From IMG/VR virus record IMGVR_UViG_3300045988_138376: a DNA stretch of 64,000 nucleotides; one strand, written 5' to 3'. The translations under genes were made by a program, and so were the position numbers. Of this stretch, positions 41,326-49,607 are shown piece by piece. The notes under the pieces are model-generated. The model ran no database searches. It was not told the DNA's origin and saw only the letters and a program-made list of their open reading frames with translations. The stretch is from a virus. Within the stretch, counting starts at the first letter, position 1. The number at the start of each line of letters is the position of its first letter.

Positions 41326-43944
41326 ATGTATATGGAAATTATAGACAAAGATAAGGAATCAAAGACCAAAATAATCAAGCCACAACCGGGCTTTCAAGAA
41401 AAGTTTGTGTGCTCGAATGTGGATGTAGTGTTCGGTGGCGGAATTTTATCGTGTGGAAAGGCTCAACCGCTTCATAGTAAGATACTTACGCCTAATGGGT
41501 GGACTACTATGGGTGCTTTGAATATAGGTGACGAGATTATAGGTCTTGACGGGAAGCCCCAAAAAATTATGAATATATTCGAGAGAGGATTGCTTGACAA
41601 TATAATGTTTACTTTTGAAGATGGCACTTCGGTGGAATGCTGCCCCGAACATTTATGGACAGTATGGGATAAGTACAATAAGAAATACGTCACTTTAGAG
41701 GCACAACATGTTATTAATAATGGCATTAAAAGATATGGATTACCTTTATTGCATCCAATAGAATTTAATGATAATAAAGATTTGCCTATAGATCCATATT
41801 TATTAGGAGTCCTATTAGGGGATGGAATGTTAGGTCGAGATAAAGCATCCGTAATGTTAACTACTGATGAATATATAGTGAATAAGGTATCCAAAGAAAA
41901 TAACATTACGGTCACAAGAGATAAATCCAAGAAAAATCCATCATATAGAATATTAGGAAGCAAATTAAGGGAGTCTCTTAGAAATATGGGATTATTTGGA
42001 AAGTGTTCACACGAAAAATTCATCCCAAATGAATATTTGTTTTCAACAATAGATAATAGGTTAAAATTATTGCAGGGACTTTTCGATACTGATGGATATA
42101 ATGACAAGGTCGCAAGTAGAATAGAATATTGCACAACCTCGAAAAAATTAGCAGAAGATGTATTGTTTCTTGTAAAATCATTAGGAGGAAAGGCTAAGGT
42201 AATAACAAAGATTGGGTCTTATAAAAAAGATAATGAAAGGATAATATGCAAAAAAGCCTGGCGTTTACTATGTAGATTTGAGAATCCCAACGACATGTTC
42301 ACATTAGAACGTAAAAGAAATGGGAAGATTTCAAAGAGGGGATTCAACATAGGTATAACAAAAGTGGAAGCAAAAGGCAAAGAAATAATGAGATGTATAT
42401 TGGTATCAAATAAAGACCATTTATATGTTACCGATGGCTTAAATCTTACACATAATACTTTTGCCGCCATCTTATCAGTCGCAGAGCCAAGTTTAGACCC
42501 TTCTTTCCGCGCATGTTTTACTCGTAGGACATTTGGTGAGTTGAATATGGGTGGAGGACTTGTTGACGACTTTGAATCTTCTTATGGCAATGGAGCACAA
42601 ATCAGAAAAACAAATCCTCCAAGAGTAACATTTCCATCGGGGTCTTTTGTTGAAATGCGCCAAATCAATGATGAAAACATCAAAAAGATAACGGAGCAAT
42701 GGAAAGGTGCGCAGTTTGACCTTATATATATGGACGAGTTGACTTCTTATCAATTTTCTACCTTCAAATACCTTCTGACCAGAAATAGAGGTAAAGGTTC
42801 TTGGACAGGTAAGTTTAGAGGCACTACGAACCCGAAGAAAGATTCTTGGATTAGAAAATTCCTTGATTGGTATATTAGTCCAGAAGGTCAGATTATCCCT
42901 GAGCGAGATGGCGTAGTTAGATATTTCTATATTGCCGGAGATACCATAGACGATGTTATTTGGGGAGATACCAAAAAAGAAGTATACCAGAAATGTAAAT
43001 TGGACATTGACAAGAAGATAAAAGCTGTAGGAGGAACGATTTCTTATGAAAACTTCATCAAGTCTTTTACATTTTATTTAGGTAGAATGTCCGAAAACAA
43101 AGCCATTCTCGATGGCAACATGGACTACGTAGGTTCTGTTGCTGCATCAGGAGGTAGAATGGCTCAACAATTATTGGAAGGTAACTGGAATGTTGACTTA
43201 GAGGATGAATCAGATGCTCCTATTCCGTCCCATGTTGCAAGAAGCACATTTATGAATGATCCTCAAAGGAATGGAGACAGATGGATTACTTGCGACTTGG
43301 CAGACTTTGGAACGGATAACATGGTTGCTTTGGCTTGGGATGGCTTTCATATCATGGATGCTCTAATCTTAGGCAAAACAACGCCTCGAATGAATGCAGA
43401 TAAGCTGTCTCTATTTGCAGCAAAGTGGGATGTAGCAGATTGCCATATAATATATGATGGTATCAACGGACGCTACCTTTCTGATTATATCCCAGATGCG
43501 ATTGCATTTCTTTCTTTTAAAGCACCAAGAGGGATGTATGGACGTTCCGCAAGAAGCTTAAAAGACGAATGTTATTTACGACTCAAATACATTATTAATA
43601 ATAGGTATTTATCCTGGGAAGAAGAAGTCCTACAAAGAAGATATACGCATAATAAGATGAAAGATGAAATCACTATTGGCGTTGAATTTGTAGAAGAATG
43701 TACTGTTGTTCGGTTCAAAACAGAAGCAAGCGGGAAACATAGATTGGCCACAAAGAAAGAGATGAATCAAATGTTGGGAAAGGGACGTTCTATGGACTTA
43801 TTAGACCCATGCGCTATGCGGATGTATCCTGTTTTGGAATATCAATATGGCGATGAACTTATTGAGACAGCAGTCGATTTTGAGGAAAGAGAGAAGCAAT
43901 ATATTCCCAAAGACAATATATATAGAGATGATTTTTGGGCTTAA
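41326..43944 (+). CDS. terL: terminase large subunit, interrupted by an intein
   Basis: The exteins restore Walker A 'GILSCGK|T'. Walker B is 'FDLIYMDELT' and the nuclease half is C-terminal. 872 aa, of which 332 aa are intein. Confidence 0.9.
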   Translation: MYMEIIDKDKESKTKIIKPQPGFQEKFVCSNVDVVFGGGILSCGKAQPLHSKILTPNGWTTMGALNIGDEIIGLDGKPQKIMNIFERGLLDNIMFTFEDGTSVECCPEHLWTVWDKYNKKYVTLEAQHVINNGIKRYGLPLLHPIEFNDNKDLPIDPYLLGVLLGDGMLGRDKASVMLTTDEYIVNKVSKENNITVTRDKSKKNPSYRILGSKLRESLRNMGLFGKCSHEKFIPNEYLFSTIDNRLKLLQGLFDTDGYNDKVASRIEYCTTSKKLAEDVLFLVKSLGGKAKVITKIGSYKKDNERIICKKAWRLLCRFENPNDMFTLERKRNGKISKRGFNIGITKVEAKGKEIMRCILVSNKDHLYVTDGLNLTHNTFAAILSVAEPSLDPSFRACFTRRTFGELNMGGGLVDDFESSYGNGAQIRKTNPPRVTFPSGSFVEMRQINDENIKKITEQWKGAQFDLIYMDELTSYQFSTFKYLLTRNRGKGSWTGKFRGTTNPKKDSWIRKFLDWYISPEGQIIPERDGVVRYFYIAGDTIDDVIWGDTKKEVYQKCKLDIDKKIKAVGGTISYENFIKSFTFYLGRMSENKAILDGNMDYVGSVAASGGRMAQQLLEGNWNVDLEDESDAPIPSHVARSTFMNDPQRNGDRWITCDLADFGTDNMVALAWDGFHIMDALILGKTTPRMNADKLSLFAAKWDVADCHIIYDGINGRYLSDYIPDAIAFLSFKAPRGMYGRSARSLKDECYLRLKYIINNRYLSWEEEVLQRRYTHNKMKDEITIGVEFVEECTVVRFKTEASGKHRLATKKEMNQMLGKGRSMDLLDPCAMRMYPVLEYQYGDELIETAVDFEEREKQYIPKDNIYRDDFWA
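41461..42456 (+). mobile_element. intein (class-3-like) carrying a LAGLIDADG homing endonuclease
   Basis: Block B 'CPEHLW', LAGLIDADG motifs 'LLGVLLGDGML' and 'LLQGLFDTDGY', block F 'MRCILV', block G 'LTHN|T'. Confidence 0.8.
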
Positions 43945-43969
43945 TTCATTGTAATTCAATTATTTTTAT

Positions 43970-43977
43970 TAACTTTG
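43970..43977 (+). promoter_or_regulatory. possible -7 box TAACTTTG
   Basis: Lies 19 nt upstream of the ATG at 43997. Confidence 0.35.
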
Positions 43978-43996
43978 TATCTTTAAAAGAAATAAA

Positions 43997-44554
43997 ATGG
44001 ATGCCAACGACTTTAAAAAAATAACTACCGACGCTAAAAACTTGGGGCATGATGTCTCCATGCAGGATATTGCATACGTGTTTCTCTGCGAAAGTTATGA
44101 AAACGCAGAGATTGCATATAAAGTGCTATTCGGGAAAGAGTCCATAGATGCGGAGGTGAATAAATATAAGAAATCAAAGAAGATTGTTTTTTTAACAGAT
44201 TATATAAAAAGCAATTATACTAAACCTTCTAAGAAGGCAGAAGTTGAATTTTCGACAGAAGAAGATATGGATCTTTCTTTTGAGGAAAATAAGAGCAAGA
44301 TGATCTCTCTTTTAAATAAGATTGACGATTTGGTTACTTCTGGCGATATGTCTGCGAAAGATGCTGTTAAATTAGAGGCTGAAATTAGAACAAAACTGAA
44401 TGATAAATTCTCTGTTGACGATCAATCGGAGCAAAGTAATATTATCGTCGTTGAGCCGAAATTCAATCTTATTTGTCCGCATACTAATAGAGAGTGCTAT
44501 GTAAATAGCAAAGAGCAAGTGATGAAAAGATATAATCTAATCGAAAAGGAATAA
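43997..44554 (+). CDS. hypothetical protein between terminase and portal (small-terminase role possible but unsupported)
   Basis: 185 aa with an acidic centre. Confidence 0.5.
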   Translation: MDANDFKKITTDAKNLGHDVSMQDIAYVFLCESYENAEIAYKVLFGKESIDAEVNKYKKSKKIVFLTDYIKSNYTKPSKKAEVEFSTEEDMDLSFEENKSKMISLLNKIDDLVTSGDMSAKDAVKLEAEIRTKLNDKFSVDDQSEQSNIIVVEPKFNLICPHTNRECYVNSKEQVMKRYNLIEKE

Positions 44555-44555
44555 A

Positions 44556-46073
44556 ATGGCAGAAGATAGAGTAAAAATAGATCATTTGATTGCTAATCCG
44601 CAATTGTTATTACAGAAAAAGCCTTTCTTTAGAGGATTGCAGATAAATGCGCGCTATAATCCTCAAAACGTAGACTTGAATCAAACCATACAAGTAGACA
44701 CTCCGAGGGTGAAGAAAATGGTTATTTCACAAGATGAATATCTTCAAGAACTAAACCCATACTGCCACAAAGTCTTATTTGATGATAACGTGCCAAGTAT
44801 TACAATGAAGCTTTCAAAGGAACAAGGTGGAGGCTGGGCTACTATCGAATATAAAAAGATGGCAGTCTCTTTTCAAGAAAATATAAAGAATAAGCAAGTA
44901 TTGCATCTTTGCGGGAATCCTCTGAATTTTACATTGATGGAAACAAACCCGACAACAAAACAGAGTGAAGACTTTATTACCTTTAAGCAGTATTGGGATT
45001 TAAGAAACCAAGATGGCATGAAAACAAAAATGGTTGATGCTCAAAAGTCGGTTGGAGATGCAGGACTTCTATATTATTTCGATAGGAAGGGAGAGATTAA
45101 ATCGCGATTGTTATCCTACATGGATGGATATGTTCTCTGCCCACATAATGATGATAATGGTGATAGACTATTAGAAAGCGTTTATTACAAAAAGGATGAC
45201 ATAGAATATATTGATTCTTATGACGATAGATATATGTATCGTCACATGAATGATGGAAGTGGTGCGGATGAAAACGGCTGGAAATTAATATTCAAGAACG
45301 AACATGGATTTAGCGAAATCCCTCTGATTACTAAAAGAGGCAAAGTCGCTTGGGATGATGCTCAAAGCTCAATTGAAGCCTATGAAGTGTTATATAACAT
45401 ATTCTTAGTGATTCAGAAACGACATGGATGGGGTATATTATACATCAAAGGGCGTTTTGATAATGATGGTAGAAAGATTGCTGGTTCTGTTATCTTGAAT
45501 GACAGAAGTGATGATGCTAATAGTGATGCTAAATTTCTTACTCCACCAACTCCGGAAGGAACTATTGAAACGCTGAATCTCTTAGAGGAAACAATACAGA
45601 AAGGATCAAAAACGACATTTATTCTTCCGAAAGATATTAAAATGTCAGGAGATATTTCTGGTATTGCCATCATGCTTACTCAATCATTGGATATAGAGAA
45701 TGCTCTTCAAGGCGTTATTGAATGGCAGAATGTAGCTGATAAAATGTGTCGCTTATTCAAAGAGGGATTAGCTAAGGAATTGGTGAATAAAGACATTCAA
45801 CCAACTGCTATTACAGACTTCAATAATATTAAAATTAATGCCAAATTCAAAGTATGGAGACCTCAATCTGATACAGACTTTGCACAAATGTTGGTTACTT
45901 TAAAATCTAATGGCTTATTGTCAGAGGAAAGCGGCATTGAATTAAGTCCAGTATCTTCTCCTGATGAAAAGGCAAGAAGACAGAAAGAAAAAGATTTAGA
46001 GAGGAATTTAGAGATAGAAAAAGAAACTATTATTAATAATTCTAACAATATTAAGGAGGAAGAAAATGTATAA
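44556..46073 (+). CDS. portal protein
   Basis: 505 aa, downstream of terL, with a charged C-terminal tail. Assigned by size and position. Confidence 0.7.
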   Translation: MAEDRVKIDHLIANPQLLLQKKPFFRGLQINARYNPQNVDLNQTIQVDTPRVKKMVISQDEYLQELNPYCHKVLFDDNVPSITMKLSKEQGGGWATIEYKKMAVSFQENIKNKQVLHLCGNPLNFTLMETNPTTKQSEDFITFKQYWDLRNQDGMKTKMVDAQKSVGDAGLLYYFDRKGEIKSRLLSYMDGYVLCPHNDDNGDRLLESVYYKKDDIEYIDSYDDRYMYRHMNDGSGADENGWKLIFKNEHGFSEIPLITKRGKVAWDDAQSSIEAYEVLYNIFLVIQKRHGWGILYIKGRFDNDGRKIAGSVILNDRSDDANSDAKFLTPPTPEGTIETLNLLEETIQKGSKTTFILPKDIKMSGDISGIAIMLTQSLDIENALQGVIEWQNVADKMCRLFKEGLAKELVNKDIQPTAITDFNNIKINAKFKVWRPQSDTDFAQMLVTLKSNGLLSEESGIELSPVSSPDEKARRQKEKDLERNLEIEKETIINNSNNIKEEENV

Positions 46074-46359
46074 CGACGTAATAAAACAAGTTTTAGAGAT
46101 TCCAGAAAGCCCCGACCATTTTACTTTGTCTGATCGGAATCCATTTTATGTATTTCCACAAAAGAAAGATGATACTGCACCCGATGTTTTTAATATTCAG
46201 GCTGAATGTTCTGCGGCAAGAGCAAGTAGTGCACCTGTGAATATTCCTTTGGTTTGTAATCAGTGGAATGTTATTCTTCTGCAAGGCATACATTTAACCG
46301 CAGATTTAAAAACCAAGTATAAGTTATTTGCAGGGGTAAACTATTCTTATGAGCCATGA
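46066..46359 (+). CDS. hypothetical protein
   Basis: 97-aa ORF, overlapping its neighbours. Confidence 0.5.
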   Translation: MYNDVIKQVLEIPESPDHFTLSDRNPFYVFPQKKDDTAPDVFNIQAECSAARASSAPVNIPLVCNQWNVILLQGIHLTADLKTKYKLFAGVNYSYEP

Positions 46360-47828
46360 AAATAGGAGTTGGAATAGGATTGTCGTATCCTAAATATGCT
46401 ACATTTGTAAATAAGGGAGGGCAAACTTCTCCTTTTCACCCTTCCCTTGTGGATTATTGGAACTTTAAAGGTAAGAGCAATTTTGATAAAGATAGGAATA
46501 TTATAAAAGGCGTTAAGGGTAATATCTTTAACGCTTATAATTTCGGTTGGAGCTTAGGCAGTGGATATGGTAAATATACTATGAATTATTTAAATTATTT
46601 AAATAATTCTAAGAGCCCTGAAGACATTATAATAACAGATTCTTCAATAACCAGATTAAAAGGTGAAGGAAAAATATCCTTTTGGGTTACAGGGAATAAA
46701 CTTCCCACAGGTATAACAGTTATTCCTTCCTATAGAATCAATGTTACAGGAGAATGGGAAACTCCTCCGGAATTTACTTATTGTGATGGAGATAACGCAT
46801 CTATATCACATACAATTACTTTAACTCACGGCATTAACATCATCCCTGAGATAACAATAAATGTAATAACATCAATATCATCCACTATATATGGTTTTAG
46901 TACTTTTCAAAATGGAGATGTCACTATTGAACAAATTCCAGAATATGAAGGGGCAATAGTTACAGATGGTGTTGACGATTATCTGAAACTTGATAAGGTA
47001 GGATATAAGATAGGAACTGTTATAGTTAAATTTGTTCCTATTAAGTTTAATGTTGGTTGGAATACAGTTTTTGATAATAATAAATACGATAGCCCTAATA
47101 GGAATTTTTTAGGTTATTCTTCTACCATAGAAAATAGAGGTACTACTATGTTTGTTTCTAATTATGGCGATTATCTTGCATTATATCATAATACGCCTAA
47201 ACAAGCTAATGACTCACTTTATATAAGTAGCTCTTATACAGAATCGTTTACAGCTAAGGAGTTTTTTTCTATGGCTCTATATGATATTGCTATATATCAA
47301 GACGTTCTGACCGCTGAAGAAATTCAGAAAGAAATCAACGTCATGGAATATGGTACTCCAAATCCAGTGTTCGCATTGAACTTTGATAATTTTGCCTATA
47401 AAGCCGTTGATTATCCTGAATTTGCTACTGGCAAAGTTACAACAAAAAAAATTGTAATAGATAGTACAACTACACAAATGAATGGATTTATTGTGGCTGC
47501 TTATAATCCAGAATTAACAACAGGAGATGCAATTGAACTACCATCTTATAAAGTAAAAGTCACAGGAATTGACGCATATGGTAATCTGGGCGATGGTTAT
47601 TGGGCAGTTGCGTTAATGGGAATGCCTATTAATGCGTCACAAGACCCTTGGGTTTATCTGTTTTACAAAGATGGAATTTATGATATACCAGCAATATCAT
47701 TAAGTGAAAGTATCTATAATTTAGCAGTGATGTGTCAAATAATGGTTGACAAGCCTATTGAAATAGAAGTTCTTTATGATAGTAGTATAACTACTAATTT
47801 TCCGAGTGTTAAACAAATATTTCCTTAA
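46356..47828 (+). CDS. LamG/concanavalin-like domain structural protein
   Basis: 'GAIVTDGVDDYLKLD...ALYDIAIYQDVLTAEEIQKE' is the typical Laminin_G_3 signature. Confidence 0.55.
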   Translation: MKIGVGIGLSYPKYATFVNKGGQTSPFHPSLVDYWNFKGKSNFDKDRNIIKGVKGNIFNAYNFGWSLGSGYGKYTMNYLNYLNNSKSPEDIIITDSSITRLKGEGKISFWVTGNKLPTGITVIPSYRINVTGEWETPPEFTYCDGDNASISHTITLTHGINIIPEITINVITSISSTIYGFSTFQNGDVTIEQIPEYEGAIVTDGVDDYLKLDKVGYKIGTVIVKFVPIKFNVGWNTVFDNNKYDSPNRNFLGYSSTIENRGTTMFVSNYGDYLALYHNTPKQANDSLYISSSYTESFTAKEFFSMALYDIAIYQDVLTAEEIQKEINVMEYGTPNPVFALNFDNFAYKAVDYPEFATGKVTTKKIVIDSTTTQMNGFIVAAYNPELTTGDAIELPSYKVKVTGIDAYGNLGDGYWAVALMGMPINASQDPWVYLFYKDGIYDIPAISLSESIYNLAVMCQIMVDKPIEIEVLYDSSITTNFPSVKQIFP

Positions 47829-47832
47829 GATT

Positions 47833-48081
47833 ATGAAATTTGCAATACTAACAAAAGAGTGGCTAAACAGCAAAGGCGTTGTTATACAGCCAGAGTGGAG
47901 ACATAATATAGCTGAAACTGAATATATTCTGCATCAAGAGATGATTAGTCCTTTGTTGAATGATACAGATAATATTACTTTTTATGAGTATGATAATACT
48001 GAGTTTATTAATATAATAAATAGCTCTTCTTGGGTGTTGCCAGAAAGGGAAGAAATACTCCGCAGTTCGCGTAGAAGGTAA
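47833..48081 (+). CDS. hypothetical protein
   Basis: Start at ATG 47833, after the upstream stop. Confidence 0.5.
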   Translation: MKFAILTKEWLNSKGVVIQPEWRHNIAETEYILHQEMISPLLNDTDNITFYEYDNTEFINIINSSSWVLPEREEILRSSRRR

Positions 48082-48105
48082 TTTTAATCATTACAAATAA
48101 GAAGA

Positions 48106-48142
48106 TAGCCATGCCCCAATAGGAACATGGCTACTTTTTTTT
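48106..48142 (+). terminator. rho-independent terminator
   Basis: 8-bp stem TAGCCATG/CATGGCTA followed by C + T8. Confidence 0.8.
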
Positions 48143-48175
48143 CTGCAAAGACTTTGCAATTAACACTTCAATTGT

Positions 48176-48183
48176 TATCTTTG
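48176..48183 (+). promoter_or_regulatory. -7 promoter box TATCTTTG
   Basis: Lies 20 nt upstream of the ATG at 48204. Confidence 0.5.
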
Positions 48184-48203
48184 CGATTAAAACCATACAA
48201 TCT

Positions 48204-49025
48204 ATGGCAAAAGTAACTAATTTTTCTGAATCTGCAAGCGATAGCCTGCAAATTCCAGCGTCAGCCAACGAAAAAGGCATTTTAACAAAAAGCAGTTCAA
48301 GCAGTGAAATCGAATTGTATTTCCGAAAAGTCTTAGAACTCAGCAAGTCCGATAACGAATTTCCCGTCAATCTCGAAGAGGTGTGGATGCTGGTATATCC
48401 AAGAAAAGATCACGCTGTTAGAGAATTGGTAGAAGGCAGTCAGTTTATGGAAGGTGTTGATTATCAAGTTTTCCTCAAAAATGGGGAAAACCCTAAAGGA
48501 GGAAGACCTACAAATGAGTACAAGCTTACCGTTCCCTGCATGGAATTCTTCATTGCAAGAAAAGTCCGCCCAGTATTTGAAGTTTATCGCAAAGTGTTCC
48601 ACAAAGTAGCAAACGCTTCTACTTCTACATCCGATGTAGTTTTGTGGATTAATGCAGTTTCCGACTCTTTGAATCTGAACAAGCAGTCTAAACTCTTATT
48701 ATTCAAGAAATGGGGAGATAGTAGAGATTTGCCAACTCCTGATTATGTAGATTCCGCGGATATTCTCTTATCAGCAACTGAGCTTTTAAAGCGCAATGGG
48801 CTTAATATCAGCGCAAGAGTATTCAATGTGGCTATGATAGAAAAAGGCTTTTTGGAAAAGTGTACTCGCCCTTCAAGCAAAGGACAGAAAGTTTTCAATC
48901 ACCTAACTACTAAAGGTCTTGCCTACGGAGAAAATCAAGTTTCACCAAATAATCCAAAAGAAACACAACCATTATATTATGAAAACAATTTTAGTCAACT
49001 ACTCACAGAAGTAGGTTTGCGATAA
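48204..49025 (+). CDS. AntA/AntB-like antirepressor-domain protein (moron inside structural arm)
   Basis: 'VNLEEVWMLVY...FMEGVDYQVF...GGRPTNEYKLTVPCMEFFIARKVRPVFEVYRKVF'. Confidence 0.55.
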   Translation: MAKVTNFSESASDSLQIPASANEKGILTKSSSSSEIELYFRKVLELSKSDNEFPVNLEEVWMLVYPRKDHAVRELVEGSQFMEGVDYQVFLKNGENPKGGRPTNEYKLTVPCMEFFIARKVRPVFEVYRKVFHKVANASTSTSDVVLWINAVSDSLNLNKQSKLLLFKKWGDSRDLPTPDYVDSADILLSATELLKRNGLNISARVFNVAMIEKGFLEKCTRPSSKGQKVFNHLTTKGLAYGENQVSPNNPKETQPLYYENNFSQLLTEVGLR

Positions 49026-49064
49026 AAAAGTAATCATATCGCTTGATATTGTTTTTAATTTGAT

Positions 49065-49072
49065 TATCTTTG
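49065..49072 (+). promoter_or_regulatory. -7 promoter box TATCTTTG followed by a 12-bp hairpin
   Basis: The hairpin is AGCCGAAAACTC/GAGTTTTCGGCT (49093-49104 / 49115-49126). A competing direct copy AAGCCGAAA sits at 49081. Confidence 0.5.
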
Positions 49073-49229
49073 CAATGTAGAAGCCGAAAGTCAGCCGAAA
49101 ACTCTTAAAAATGGGAGTTTTCGGCTTATCTTATACTCCAAAGTATCTTTTTGATTCACTTTTTCTATCTTTTCTTTATCAGTTCATGGCAAATTGCTAT
49201 ATTTGTATTATAATAAAAACGTTTTTAGA

Positions 49230-49607
49230 ATGGACTGGACAACTATATTAAATTATATTATCGGAGGAGGTGGATTGCTAACGTTCACGCTTTCTGCATA
49301 TAAAGCGAGGCCAGAAAAAGTTTCTTTCGAAATAAAAAATCTTAGAGAGTTAGTCGAAGAGATAAAGACTAATGCAAAAGAAGAAAAAATAGAGTATGAA
49401 GAAAAGATGTCTAAATTAGAGCGTAAGGTAGACGGATTAGAGCTTAAAGATGAAATAAAATCAAGAGCTATAGCTCAATATCTAAGATGCTCTTATCCTC
49501 CAACAGATAAAGAATGTCCAGTCGCAGTTTTTATTAATCGCTCCGAGGATATTATGAAACGTAAGACAAAAGAACTAAAAGAAAAAAGAGAGACAAATGA
49601 GCAATAA
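49230..49607 (+). CDS. membrane-anchored coiled-coil protein
   Basis: TM helix 'WTTILNYIIGGGGLLTFTLSAY' followed by a charged coil. ATG at 49230. Confidence 0.55.
   Translation: MDWTTILNYIIGGGGLLTFTLSAYKARPEKVSFEIKNLRELVEEIKTNAKEEKIEYEEKMSKLERKVDGLELKDEIKSRAIAQYLRCSYPPTDKECPVAVFINRSEDIMKRKTKELKEKRETNEQ

Noticed and set aside
41452-41460. Alternative intein boundary with Cys43 as intein residue 1 (a classical class 1 intein).
   Set aside because: Splicing there would give GGGILS|TFAAIL and destroy the GK[ST] P-loop. Starting at Ala46 restores GILSCGKT.
41472-42134. 220-aa minus-strand ORF antisense to the intein region of terL.
   Set aside because: It is antisense to a region with clear intein and LAGLIDADG motifs. 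Its product is Ser/Leu/Asn-rich with no recognisable features.
49081-49127. The hairpin after the 49065 promoter box as a third copy of the 17674/21363 leader motif.
   Set aside because: Its sequence (AGCCGAAAACTC stem) and architecture are different, with no AAAGGGATAG or TGATAAG. I treat it as a separate leader hairpin.
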